Below, piece after piece: positions 7,657-19,425 of a stretch of 32,000 nucleotides of DNA (positions are counted from its first letter, which is position 1; each line of letters opens with the position of its first letter). Under the pieces are notes generated by a model. The model worked only from the letters and a program-made list of their open reading frames with translations, did not search any database and was not told the DNA's origin. The translations under genes were made by a program, and so were the position numbers. Source of the DNA: Coprobacillaceae bacterium (GTDB taxonomy: Bacteria; Bacillota_I; Bacilli_A; Erysipelotrichales; Coprobacillaceae); NCBI GenBank assembly GCA_963675915.1, contig OY780959.1, positions 2,370,001 through 2,402,000 on the forward strand. The letters are read 5' to 3'.

Positions 7657-8652
7657 ATGAACGAAAAGGAAATTATGGATTGGTTGCTTGAAGAGAAAGA
7701 TCGGGCAATCAGATACTATGCCCTGGCCAATTTGACCAAGACATCAAAGACAGAACTTGAAGCGGCCCGAAAAGAAGTGATGTCGGATCGGACGGTAAAA
7801 AAAATATTGGCCCGACAAAACGCGGATGGAAGCTGGTCAAAAAAAGAACGGTTTTACACGGATAAATATCAAGGGACGGTTTGGCAATTGCTGATTTTGG
7901 CGGAACTGGGGGCCAGCGGCGAGGATCCCCGGATAGCCAAAGCCTGCGAATTCGTGCTCGAACACTCTCAGGATCCAGATACGATGGGCTTTGCCATGCA
8001 AATGAGCAAGAAAACCGGGCATGGGCTGCCGGGTAAGGTGATCCCCTGTCTGACTGGGAATATGGTTTATGCTTTGATTCGCCTGGGTTATCTGGATGAT
8101 TCCCGGGTTCAAAAGGCGATTGACTGGCTGGTGAAATACCAGAAAGCGGATGATGGGACTGCAAGGGAAACTGACTGGAGATATTCCAAACATGAAGCCT
8201 GTTTTGGCAAGCATACCTGTTTTATGGGCGTGGTCAAGGCCCTCAAGGCTTTTAGTGTCATCCCGCCAAAGCAAAGGAGCAAAAAGGTCAAACAAAAAAT
8301 CGATGAACTGGCCGAGTTCATGTTGATCCACCATCTTTATAAAAAGAGTCATGAGCTTGATAAAAAAGCCAAGCCAGGCTGGACCCGTTTTGGCTTCCCC
8401 CTGATGTATCAGACCAATTTGTTGGAAATATTGGAAATTTTCACAGATCTTGAAATAAGTGATGAGAGGATGCGGGCAGCATATGCTGTTGTAAAAAGCA
8501 AACAGCAGCCAAACGGGACCTGGAAGCTCGAGAACACGTTCAACGGCAAGATGATTGAGGATATCGAGCACAAAAACGAGGATTCCAAATGGATAACCGC
8601 TAAGGCTCTTAAGGTCTTGAACATGAGTATTCATCTTGGTAAAGGAGGGTAA
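7657..8652 (+). CDS. alpha/alpha-toroid (prenyltransferase / squalene-cyclase repeat-like) protein of unknown function
   Basis: 331 aa. It has two QW-like repeats (RQNADGSWSKK, KQQPNGTWKLE) and an IRYYALANL N-terminal helix seen in a widespread uncharacterised family. I saw no DxDD or LanC-type motifs. Confidence 0.55.
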   Translation: MNEKEIMDWLLEEKDRAIRYYALANLTKTSKTELEAARKEVMSDRTVKKILARQNADGSWSKKERFYTDKYQGTVWQLLILAELGASGEDPRIAKACEFVLEHSQDPDTMGFAMQMSKKTGHGLPGKVIPCLTGNMVYALIRLGYLDDSRVQKAIDWLVKYQKADDGTARETDWRYSKHEACFGKHTCFMGVVKALKAFSVIPPKQRSKKVKQKIDELAEFMLIHHLYKKSHELDKKAKPGWTRFGFPLMYQTNLLEILEIFTDLEISDERMRAAYAVVKSKQQPNGTWKLENTFNGKMIEDIEHKNEDSKWITAKALKVLNMSIHLGKGG

Positions 8653-8654
8653 TT

Positions 8655-8963
8655 ATGAAATTGAATTACGGTTGGTTAATCACCATTACTGCCTGGATTG
8701 CCAGTTCCATCATAATCGTACTTCTCCCGGAATTGCTCTATGGAGGCGGAATCCGGATCCCGGGCTATATGGTCATGGAAGTAATTATGACTTTCGGGGT
8801 GTTTGCCTTGATAACTGCAGTCGTGTGGATTCCAGTAGGCGTCTATACTTCAAGAGTGTATAGAAATGAAGGTTTGAAAAAATCATTGTTGGTTGTCGGG
8901 GCTACGTTTTTATCCCTGAATCTGTTTTGGCTCATGATTTTTTTGACTATCTGGAACTCTTGA
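8655..8963 (+). CDS. 3-TM membrane protein, unknown function
   Basis: 102 aa. AAGGAGGG lies 6 nt upstream. The ATG starts 2 nt after the stop of the preceding gene, so the two are probably co-translated. Confidence 0.6.
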   Translation: MKLNYGWLITITAWIASSIIIVLLPELLYGGGIRIPGYMVMEVIMTFGVFALITAVVWIPVGVYTSRVYRNEGLKKSLLVVGATFLSLNLFWLMIFLTIWNS

Positions 8964-9011
8964 GCAACCATATAACTACATTTAAAACCAATAATAATTG
9001 TAACTGGTTTT

Positions 9012-9046
9012 CCCTGTCTTGGTTAAGCAAAGACAGGGCTTTTTTG
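9012..9046 (+). terminator. rho-independent terminator
   Basis: CCCTGTCTT-ggttaagca-AAGACAGGG followed by cttttttg. Confidence 0.8.
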
Positions 9047-9248
9047 TGTTCGTCGATCATGGGATTAAGCAGCGGGGCAGCTCAATTGCATTGCTTTTTC
9101 AGTTATGGGCTGAGAACTCCTGAATGGCGCGAATTAATATAATATAAACATTTGTTTTACAAATTTAAAATATCTTGCTGGCATACTGGGTTCATCAACT
9201 AAAACAGTTGGAACTAGAAACACGGGTAATCAAAAGGAGGATATCAAG

Positions 9249-9341
9249 ATGGATAAAATTGTTAAAATGGCTATTGTTGCCGGATGTGCTGTTTGGGCCG
9301 GTATCATTGTTAAAAATCGCCGAATTCAAAACAAATTATAA
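9249..9341 (+). CDS. 30-aa single-TM peptide (unannotated small ORF)
   Basis: Hand translation: MDKIVKMAIVAGCAVWAGIIVKNRRIQNKL. A consensus AAGGAGG (9234-9240) lies 8 nt upstream of the ATG. The stop is 16 nt before the ATPase start. The peptide is a hydrophobic core followed by a basic tail. Confidence 0.5.
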   Translation: MDKIVKMAIVAGCAVWAGIIVKNRRIQNKL

Positions 9342-9357
9342 ATTCAAGGAGAAATAT

Positions 9358-10263
9358 ATGTCAGTTATCGAAGTTAATCATTTGACCAAGGATTACAATC
9401 ACGGTCATGGAATATTTGATGTGTCTTTTGCAATCAAAAAAGGGGAAACACTGGGTTTTTTAGGACCTAATGGAGCAGGAAAATCAACGACGATGCGTCA
9501 TTTGATGGGTTTTTCCAAGCCCCATCAGGGCCAGGCTGTAATTCTGGATATGGATTGCCGCAAGGACTATGCCAGGATCATGGAACAGGTCGGGTATCTG
9601 CCCGGAGAGGTTGCGTTGCCAGAGGGTCTTAACGGAAAAGGATTCCTCAAAATTATGAAAGGCTTGCACAAAAGCAAGAACGAAAAGCGGTTAAATCAGT
9701 TACTGGAAATATTTCCGGTTGATTTGAACCAGAAAGTAAAGTGGATGAGTATTGGAGAAAAAAGGAAACTGGCTGTTATTGCCGCCTTTATGGATGATCC
9801 GGAGATCCTGCTTCTTGATGAGCCAACCAGTGGATTGGACCCAATGATGCAGGAAAAGTTCATCGAATTCATCAAAAAAGAAAAGAAACGGGGGAAGACT
9901 ATCCTTTTGTCTAGCCACATCTTTTCGGAAGTGGAGGCTTTATGTGACCGCATTGCAATTATCAAAGATGGCCGGATTGTCTCGGTTGTCGATGCCGCCC
10001 AAGTCAGACACGGACTTAGAAAAATAGTAGAGATAACCTTCAAAACAGCAAATGATTATCAGCGCTTTTTGCGGGAAAAATTGGAATTTGCCCACAAAAG
10101 CGATGGTGAAAGCAGAGTGGGGGTTTACATGGAAGATGCCAGAGTGAATGACTTTTTGAATATCATAGTCAAATATGATGTTTCCAGTTTTACCGAGATG
10201 CCAGTGACTCTGGAAGATTACTTCATGCATTTTTACAAAAACGAAAAAACATTGGAGGTGTGA
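9358..10263 (+). CDS. ABC transporter ATP-binding protein (ABC-2 subfamily), copy 1
   Basis: The ORF track starts at 9175, but AGGAGA precedes the ATG at 9358 and the protein then opens with the usual MSVIEVNHLTKDY. Walker A is GPNGAGKST, the signature is SIGEKRK, Walker B is LLLDEPTSGLD, and the H-loop is SSHIF. Confidence 0.9.
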   Translation: MSVIEVNHLTKDYNHGHGIFDVSFAIKKGETLGFLGPNGAGKSTTMRHLMGFSKPHQGQAVILDMDCRKDYARIMEQVGYLPGEVALPEGLNGKGFLKIMKGLHKSKNEKRLNQLLEIFPVDLNQKVKWMSIGEKRKLAVIAAFMDDPEILLLDEPTSGLDPMMQEKFIEFIKKEKKRGKTILLSSHIFSEVEALCDRIAIIKDGRIVSVVDAAQVRHGLRKIVEITFKTANDYQRFLREKLEFAHKSDGESRVGVYMEDARVNDFLNIIVKYDVSSFTEMPVTLEDYFMHFYKNEKTLEV

Positions 10264-10266
10264 AAG

Positions 10267-11178
10267 ATGGAAACAGTGATTGCAGTAAATAATCTGACCA
10301 AGGATTACGATCAGGGACGGGGAGTTTTTGACTTCTCGTTCGCTGTGAAAAAGGGTGAAGTATTCGGATTTGTCGGTTCGAATGGTAGCGGTAAAACAAC
10401 CACCATCCGCCATATGATGGGCTTTAGCAAGCCGGGGATTGGGAATATCAAAATCAATGGGCTGGACAGCTGGAAAGATGCCTGTAAGATAAAAAAATCA
10501 GTCGGCTATGTTCCGGGTCAGATTAATTTTCCCGATGTGGGAACCGGACGCAACTTTTTGAAGATTCAGGCTGATTTCTGGGGTCTAGAGGATCTGAGTT
10601 ATATGAACCAACTGATTGAGCGGTTCAAACTGGATGTTGATGCTCCATTGAAGCGGATGAGCAAAGGGATGAAGCAAAAAACGGCAATTGTAGCTGCTTT
10701 TATGGCCCAACCGGAGATCCTGATCATGGATGAACCATCAACCGGACTTGATCCGATGATGAGAGATGAGTTGATTTCCCTGATTTTAGAGCAAAAACAG
10801 CAGGGCAAAACCATCTTCATGAGCAGCCATATTTTCAAGGAACTAGAAGACACCTGTGATCGGGTGGGCTTCATCCATCACGGGAAACTGATCAATATCG
10901 TTGATCGAAATGATTATGATCCGGCAATGGCCAAGCAATATCGGATTGGTTTTGAAATGATTGAAGATTACCGCCGGTTTTTGGATGAGAGCGATGATGT
11001 TGTATCTTGGAATGATCAATACCGACATGTGCTGATTAGAATCGGTGATGAAAAAGTAAATGGGCTGTTCAGGATTCTCAAGGAACTCAAAGTGAGATAT
11101 ATCAATTATCAGCCCTATACGCTCGAAGGTTATTATACAAATTTGATTGGAAATCAGGAGGAAATGAAATATGTTTAG
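10267..11178 (+). CDS. ABC transporter ATP-binding protein (ABC-2 subfamily), copy 2
   Basis: Walker A is GSNGSGKTT, the signature is SKGMKQK, Walker B is LIMDEPSTGLD, and the H-loop is SSHIF. GGAGGTG SD. The start is 3 nt after the copy 1 stop. Confidence 0.9.
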   Translation: METVIAVNNLTKDYDQGRGVFDFSFAVKKGEVFGFVGSNGSGKTTTIRHMMGFSKPGIGNIKINGLDSWKDACKIKKSVGYVPGQINFPDVGTGRNFLKIQADFWGLEDLSYMNQLIERFKLDVDAPLKRMSKGMKQKTAIVAAFMAQPEILIMDEPSTGLDPMMRDELISLILEQKQQGKTIFMSSHIFKELEDTCDRVGFIHHGKLINIVDRNDYDPAMAKQYRIGFEMIEDYRRFLDESDDVVSWNDQYRHVLIRIGDEKVNGLFRILKELKVRYINYQPYTLEGYYTNLIGNQEEMKYV

Positions 11179-11929
11179 TATGCCGCTGTTCAAGCAAACA
11201 GTAAAGTCAAATACAATGATGTGGAGTGCCATGACATTGGTTATGACGATTCTATGTGTGCAGTTTTCAGTTATGGAGATGACTCAATATTTGTTGTTCA
11301 CGATATTCTATGGGATGATGACGACAATTTTACCGGGAATATATGTATTGGTGACGGCAAACAAACTGCTGTCAAATCAGGTTGACAGCGGATCGATGGC
11401 CTATGTTTTATCAACGCCGACCAAACGGTCTACTGTCGTATTCACTCAAATGATCTATCTGATCGGATCGCTGATTCTCATGTTCGCAATTCAGACAGTC
11501 GCCCATCTTCTTGTCAACGGTACAACGCCGATTGCCCTGGCTCAATTTGGCTATACTCAGTTGACCGGCAATTTGACCAACGCGATGATTATCCAAGTGA
11601 ACATCTCAGCCTTGATGGTATGTATCGCTATGGCGGGAGCATGTTTTCTTTTCTCAGGAGTATTCAATGCGTCGAAATATTCGATGTCGGTCAATGGGAC
11701 TTTCATTGGGGTAACCGTCCTGGCCAATATGATGGCGATGTTTGGTAAACTGGGGGTGTCAGGTCTGGGTAACTTCAAATATCTGACTATTTGTTCATTC
11801 TATGATTATGAATCCGTTCTATACGGGGTCGATGACTGGATCTTCAAGCTGATTTTTCCAGTAGCGATAGCGTTGGTGACATATCTTGTAGGAAGTGTCT
11901 GGTTTTGCAAGAAGGACTTGCCTCTGTAA
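11171..11929 (+). CDS. ABC-2 type permease (6 predicted TM)
   Basis: 252 aa and strongly hydrophobic. The ATG overlaps the end of ATPase 2 by 8 nt, and AGGAGGAA lies upstream. Confidence 0.8.
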   Translation: MFSMPLFKQTVKSNTMMWSAMTLVMTILCVQFSVMEMTQYLLFTIFYGMMTTILPGIYVLVTANKLLSNQVDSGSMAYVLSTPTKRSTVVFTQMIYLIGSLILMFAIQTVAHLLVNGTTPIALAQFGYTQLTGNLTNAMIIQVNISALMVCIAMAGACFLFSGVFNASKYSMSVNGTFIGVTVLANMMAMFGKLGVSGLGNFKYLTICSFYDYESVLYGVDDWIFKLIFPVAIALVTYLVGSVWFCKKDLPL

Positions 11930-11997
11930 GAAGTTTTGATGGTTTACGAAAATTTGGTGATTGACCAGCAACCAAGGAAATGATTCAAAATTGATTT

Positions 11998-12020
11998 AAG
12001 AGCCAAAGGCTCTTTTTTTG
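11998..12020 (+). terminator. rho-independent terminator of the ABC operon
   Basis: AAGAGCC-aaa-GGCTCTT followed by a T-run. Confidence 0.7.
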
Positions 12021-12074
12021 TCGTTTCATTATTGATTTTGAAGATTTTGGTCTATTGAATCATTGTTGACAATG

Positions 12075-12134
12075 AAAAAAAAATCCTGCTAGGTATAACA
12101 GTATCATAAAAAACGCTGTTATATCTGGTAGGAT
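12075..12134 (-). terminator. long-stem terminator of the TetR gene (usable in both directions)
   Basis: 19-nt arms ATCCTGCTAGGTATAACAG / CTGTTATATCTGGTAGGAT (3 imperfect positions). A 9-A run lies on the + strand left side, which is a T-run for the minus transcript. Confidence 0.7.
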
Positions 12135-12143
12135 CATTTTTAT

Positions 12144-12755
12144 TTAGCTTGATAAGTTATTGTTCTCTAAGCTGGAAGCGGGCATGAGAACAAGGGAAAT
12201 GGACTTTCGGATTTTTGTGATCAAATCGAAGCCACCATCTTCCATCGCCCATGTGGTACAAATTCCCCGGCTGACAAAATAACAAGTTGCTGCAATATCT
12301 TCAGGATCGTTTGTATTCATTATTTCTCCTGAATCCTGAGCTTTTTTAACCAGACTTGTGACAATTTTCCAAGTGGTTTCATTTTTCGGAAAATTCATAT
12401 TGTTTGGTTCTTTGAGAAGATAGCTGTAACGATAAGCGGCAACTGCGGGACTTGCAATTACCAGTCTATCATCAAGAATTTCAAAGATAGTCAATATCTG
12501 CTCGACATGGGTATCCAGAATCAGGATGTTTGGCATGTTTTCTTGAACTGTATTTCCGATTTGACTGAGAAAATATTCGATAATTTGATCAGCGGAGTTA
12601 AAGTGGTAATAAAATGTGCTTTTGGTTATTCCCGCTTCTTTACAAATTTTTGCCACTGTAATTTTGTGGTCGCAAGATTCTCTTAATAATTGAATTGTTG
12701 TCTCCATAATTCTGTTTTTGGTGTTGCTCGAATCGGTATTCAGGTTATCTGCCAT
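12144..12755 (-). CDS. TetR/AcrR family transcriptional repressor
   Basis: 203 aa. The N-terminal HTH is ITVAKICKEAGITKSTFYYHFNS. It is divergent from the reductase/PTS operon. Confidence 0.9.
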   Translation of the reverse strand: MADNLNTDSSNTKNRIMETTIQLLRESCDHKITVAKICKEAGITKSTFYYHFNSADQIIEYFLSQIGNTVQENMPNILILDTHVEQILTIFEILDDRLVIASPAVAAYRYSYLLKEPNNMNFPKNETTWKIVTSLVKKAQDSGEIMNTNDPEDIAATCYFVSRGICTTWAMEDGGFDLITKIRKSISLVLMPASSLENNNLSS

Positions 12756-12792
12756 AGTAATGATACTCCTTTCAGGATACTGTGTACAAAAT

Positions 12793-12821
12793 ATTATAAC
12801 AAAAATCCTTTAGCCTGACAA
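12793..12821 (-). promoter_or_regulatory. candidate promoter of the TetR gene
   Basis: On the minus strand: TTGTCA, a 17-nt spacer, then TATAAT. Confidence 0.5.
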
Positions 12822-12848
12822 TGATGCAATTTTAGAGAAAATTTATTG

Positions 12849-12877
12849 TTGACAATTACAAAGGAAGCGCTTATACT
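12849..12877 (+). promoter_or_regulatory. consensus-like sigma-A promoter of the reductase/SDR/GH1/PTS operon
   Basis: TTGACA (12849-12854), a 17-nt spacer, then TATACT (12872-12877). Confidence 0.65.
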
Positions 12878-12892
12878 AGTCCGTAGTTATTC

Positions 12893-12930
12893 GTACTATA
12901 GTGCTAATTGATTTGTACTATAGTGCTAAT
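12893..12930. promoter_or_regulatory. tandem 16-bp direct repeat GTACTATAGTGCTAAT x2 (probable TetR operators)
   Basis: Identical copies at 12893-12908 and 12915-12930, 22 bp start to start. Each contains the near-palindrome GTACTATAGTGC. They lie 16 nt downstream of the -10, within the 5' UTR. Confidence 0.6.
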
Positions 12931-12988
12931 GGGTTGGTTTTGATGTCCAACCTGAACTAGAGCAAATGATTGTGGAGGAAATGCCTGA

Positions 12989-14947
12989 ATGAATAAAGAA
13001 GTTAATTATGACATATTGTTTACACCATTTAAAATTGGAAATGTCACGATAAAAAACCGAATTGCCATGGCTGCGATGGGGCTGTACTCGGCCAATACCG
13101 ATGGGAGCCCGTCTGTGTTTACATCTTCATTTTACGAGGAAAGAGCCCGTGGGGGAGCCGGATTAATCATTGTCGGTGCAAGCATGGTATCAAAAGAAGC
13201 GGCCAACGGTATCACTGGAATGTATTGGGACGACAAAGCGGTTATCCCTCATCATACGGATATAGTAGAACGTATCCATAGATATGGGGCGAAGGCCGCT
13301 ATAGCGATAGGTGTCGGCTCGGGAAGAAATGCCTTCCTGACTATGCTGGATGGGAAAAAACCGGTTTCGGCATCGGCCATTCCATCTCGATGGGATCCGG
13401 AATTGCTGTGTCATCCTTTGACTATTGAAGAAATCAAAGAATATGTGGCTGACTTTGAAAAAGCTGCTTACCGGGCAAAGTGCGCAGGATATGACATAAT
13501 TGAAGTTCACGCTCACTGTGGCTATCTGATTGATCAATTCATGTCTCCGCTATGGAACAAACGGACTGACGAATATGGTGGTAGCGACGAAAATCGCGCT
13601 CGGTTTGCCATTGAAATTTTGCAGGCAATCAAAAAAGGAGCAGGCCAAGATATGCCGGTCATATATAGAATCGCTCCGGATCATCGGGTGGAAGGTTCAA
13701 GAACCTTGGAGAACTGTGGTCCGACATTCGATTTGTTATCGAGGTATGGAGTTGATGCTTTTGACTGCGATGCTGGTAGCTACGATGTGGTCGATTATAT
13801 CTTTCCGACACAATATTTGGGAGATGCACCGTTAGCCTATGTACTTCCTACGACTAGAAAACATACCCAAAAACCGTTATTGAACGCCGGAAATCATACG
13901 CCAGAAACAGCGGTAAAGCTAATTGAGTCTGGTCAAGCTGATTTTGCTTTATTTGGCCGTGGATTGATTTGTGATCCCTTCTTACCTAAAAAACTGATGG
14001 AAGGCAGAAGCGAAGATGTTCGCCCTTGTATCCGATGCCTGGAAGAGTGTGTCAGACGTGCTGTTGATCGGACTACAAAAATCAGCTGCGCGCTAAATCC
14101 TCGGGTAAATGAAGAAATGTTCTTCAATATAACCAAGGTTGACGAACCTAAAAATGTGGTAATCGTCGGTGCCGGCCCAGGTGGAATGGAAGCTGCGCGA
14201 GTTGCCGCTTTGGAAGGAAATAAAGTGACTTTGTTTGAACGCAAAGATGTTCTGGGCGGTAATATGCTTGTGTCTTCGACACCAAAATTCAAAAGTACCA
14301 TCAGGGATCTAGTTGAATGGTATGAGCATCAATTGAAAAAATTGGATGTCGAGGTTCATTTGAATACAAATATTGACCTTGAGGATGAAATTCTAAAAGA
14401 TGCTGATTTGATTGTTATGGCGACTGGAGCAAGAGACTTTGTACCGGAAATCGAAGGGATTGACCGCGATAACGTCGTAGGAGTCTCTGAAGCACATATG
14501 AACTGGGAACTTGTCAGCGGAAAAAATGCAATCGTCTGTGGAGGCGGATTAGCTGGATGTGAATGCGCATATGAATTGGCTGAAGAAAAGGGTATGTCTG
14601 TGACTTTGATTGAGATGAGTGACAAAGTCTTGAATGGAGTATTCGCAATCAATTCCGATTCACTGCTTAGAAAAATGGCAAATCATGATATAACAATTCG
14701 CACCTCGGCGAAAGTTACGGAAATCACCGCTGATGGTGTGGTAATAGAGTGCAACGGGCAACAGGAAACTATTGCCGGGGATACCATAATCACAGCATTT
14801 GGAATGAAGTCAAATAGTGATTTGGCCGAGAGTGTCCGCTATAAATACCCTAAGAAAACATGGGTAATTGGCGATTGTGAAAAAGTAGGAAATATCGGTA
14901 ATGCGGTTCGTGGTGGCTATTATGCTGCCATGAGCTTGATAAAATAA
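12989..14947 (+). CDS. NADH:flavin oxidoreductase of the FadH / BaiCD / daidzein-reductase type (OYE barrel, 4Fe-4S, FAD/NAD(P) domains)
   Basis: 652 aa. OYE motif HAHCGYLIDQFMSPLWNKRTDEYGGSDENRARF. Cys cluster CIRCLEECVRR...C. Two Rossmann motifs, VVIVGAGPGGMEAA and AIVCGGGLAGCECA. Confidence 0.9.
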   Translation: MNKEVNYDILFTPFKIGNVTIKNRIAMAAMGLYSANTDGSPSVFTSSFYEERARGGAGLIIVGASMVSKEAANGITGMYWDDKAVIPHHTDIVERIHRYGAKAAIAIGVGSGRNAFLTMLDGKKPVSASAIPSRWDPELLCHPLTIEEIKEYVADFEKAAYRAKCAGYDIIEVHAHCGYLIDQFMSPLWNKRTDEYGGSDENRARFAIEILQAIKKGAGQDMPVIYRIAPDHRVEGSRTLENCGPTFDLLSRYGVDAFDCDAGSYDVVDYIFPTQYLGDAPLAYVLPTTRKHTQKPLLNAGNHTPETAVKLIESGQADFALFGRGLICDPFLPKKLMEGRSEDVRPCIRCLEECVRRAVDRTTKISCALNPRVNEEMFFNITKVDEPKNVVIVGAGPGGMEAARVAALEGNKVTLFERKDVLGGNMLVSSTPKFKSTIRDLVEWYEHQLKKLDVEVHLNTNIDLEDEILKDADLIVMATGARDFVPEIEGIDRDNVVGVSEAHMNWELVSGKNAIVCGGGLAGCECAYELAEEKGMSVTLIEMSDKVLNGVFAINSDSLLRKMANHDITIRTSAKVTEITADGVVIECNGQQETIAGDTIITAFGMKSNSDLAESVRYKYPKKTWVIGDCEKVGNIGNAVRGGYYAAMSLIK

Positions 14948-14963
14948 AGAAGGGATAGGAATA

Positions 14964-15716
14964 ATGTTTAGTTTAAAAGGAAGAAACGCGGTTATCACCG
15001 GGGCATCTGCCGGTCTGGGACAAGAAATGGCGGTTGCACTGGCGGGTCAAGGAGCCAATGTAGTTATTTTGGCGAGACGTTTGGAAAAACTGGAAAAAGT
15101 GGCTGAAGAGATCAGATCACTTGGAGTTGAATGTTTGCCGTTGAAATGCGATGTAACTGATACAGATAGTGTCTTCAATGCAGCTACACAAGCAATTGAA
15201 CATTTTGGGAAAATAGATATCTTGATCAATAACGCCGGAGGCGGTAAACAGTTACCAGCTGAGAGTTGCGATGTGGATGAGTGGATGTCGTTGGTTGATT
15301 TGAATTTAAATAGTGTCTACAGATGTTGTCGGGCTTTTGGTCAACATATGATTGATAATAACTATGGCCGGATAATCAATATTTCATCAATGTATGGATT
15401 GGTGGGGAGTAAAAGTACCAAAAACTCACCGTATGCCGCAGCCAAAGGTGGAGTAGTCAATCTGACCAGAAGTCTTGGTGCTGAATGGGCGAAGCACGGA
15501 ATTACAGTTAATGCGATTAGCCCGGGATATTTCAAAACTGAGGTCACTGGGCCGATGTGGGAAACTGTTCAAAAAATTGCTGCTGATAATACGCCAATTG
15601 GCAGAGCTGGACGCTCTAATGAAATTTGTGGAGCAGCTTGTTTCTTGGCAAGTGATGCCGCAAGCTACATTGTTGGCGTGACTCTACCATGCGATGGCGG
15701 ATATACATGTATATAG
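14964..15716 (+). CDS. SDR family oxidoreductase
   Basis: 250 aa. Motifs TGASAGLG, NNAG and the S...YAAAK catalytic motif. It starts 16 nt after the upstream stop. Confidence 0.9.
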   Translation: MFSLKGRNAVITGASAGLGQEMAVALAGQGANVVILARRLEKLEKVAEEIRSLGVECLPLKCDVTDTDSVFNAATQAIEHFGKIDILINNAGGGKQLPAESCDVDEWMSLVDLNLNSVYRCCRAFGQHMIDNNYGRIINISSMYGLVGSKSTKNSPYAAAKGGVVNLTRSLGAEWAKHGITVNAISPGYFKTEVTGPMWETVQKIAADNTPIGRAGRSNEICGAACFLASDAASYIVGVTLPCDGGYTCI

Positions 15717-15730
15717 GAATAGATAGATAA

Positions 15731-17167
<1,437 letters not shown>

Positions 17168-17171
17168 CTAA

Positions 17172-19079
<1,908 letters not shown>

Positions 19080-19094
19080 TTACATGATTTGAGT

Positions 19095-19131
19095 AAACCA
19101 CTACTTTTCCTCGGGAAAGTAGTGGTTTTTT
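19095..19131 (+). terminator. rho-independent terminator of the operon
   Basis: AAACCACTACTTT-cctcggg-AAAGTAGTGGTTT forms a 13-bp stem followed by a T-run. Confidence 0.85.
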
Positions 19132-19425
19132 CATTCTGGGTTTTGGGTTTCTATTTGGATGATATCATTCAGGACCTTGAACCATTGAATGGCTAATCGT
19201 GTAGCCATAAGGTCTTATTGATTGGTTTTGGGAAAAGAGGTAGGGTGAAATTTTGCCGGATATTAAGCTGGTGACGGAAATTGTTCAGAAAATAACGATA
19301 AAAATGTCTAATCAATATGTAATTCGATTGGACTATGATACAATTTTGTAAAGGGAAGATCTTATAAAATAATTATTCGATACTGCGGGTGAATCATCTA
19401 AATCCAGAATGAGAGGTGATGAGAA

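Noticed and set aside
7837-8634. 265-aa antisense ORF (with 151-aa, 70-aa and 71-aa companions) inside the 7657..8652 gene
   Set aside because: The plus-strand frame has an SD, recognisable QW repeats and tight coupling to the next gene. The minus-strand frames lack an SD, are Pro/Gly/Phe-rich junk, and are the expected shadow ORFs of a locally GC-richer gene.
9175-9357. N-terminal 61-codon extension of ABC ATPase 1 given by the ORF track
   Set aside because: It has a TTG/CTG-type start and no SD. The extension overlaps the better-supported 30-codon peptide ORF in another frame. The ATG at 9358 has AGGAGA and yields the canonical ABC N-terminus.
19173-19214. Two-tier hairpin (GACCTT/AAGGTC outer, ATGGCTA/TAGCCAT inner) in the 300-nt gap before the Fpg-like gene
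   Set aside because: It has no flanking promoter or T-run and no recognisable RNA family. A nearby 33-codon TTG ORF has no support. The evidence is insufficient for an sRNA call.
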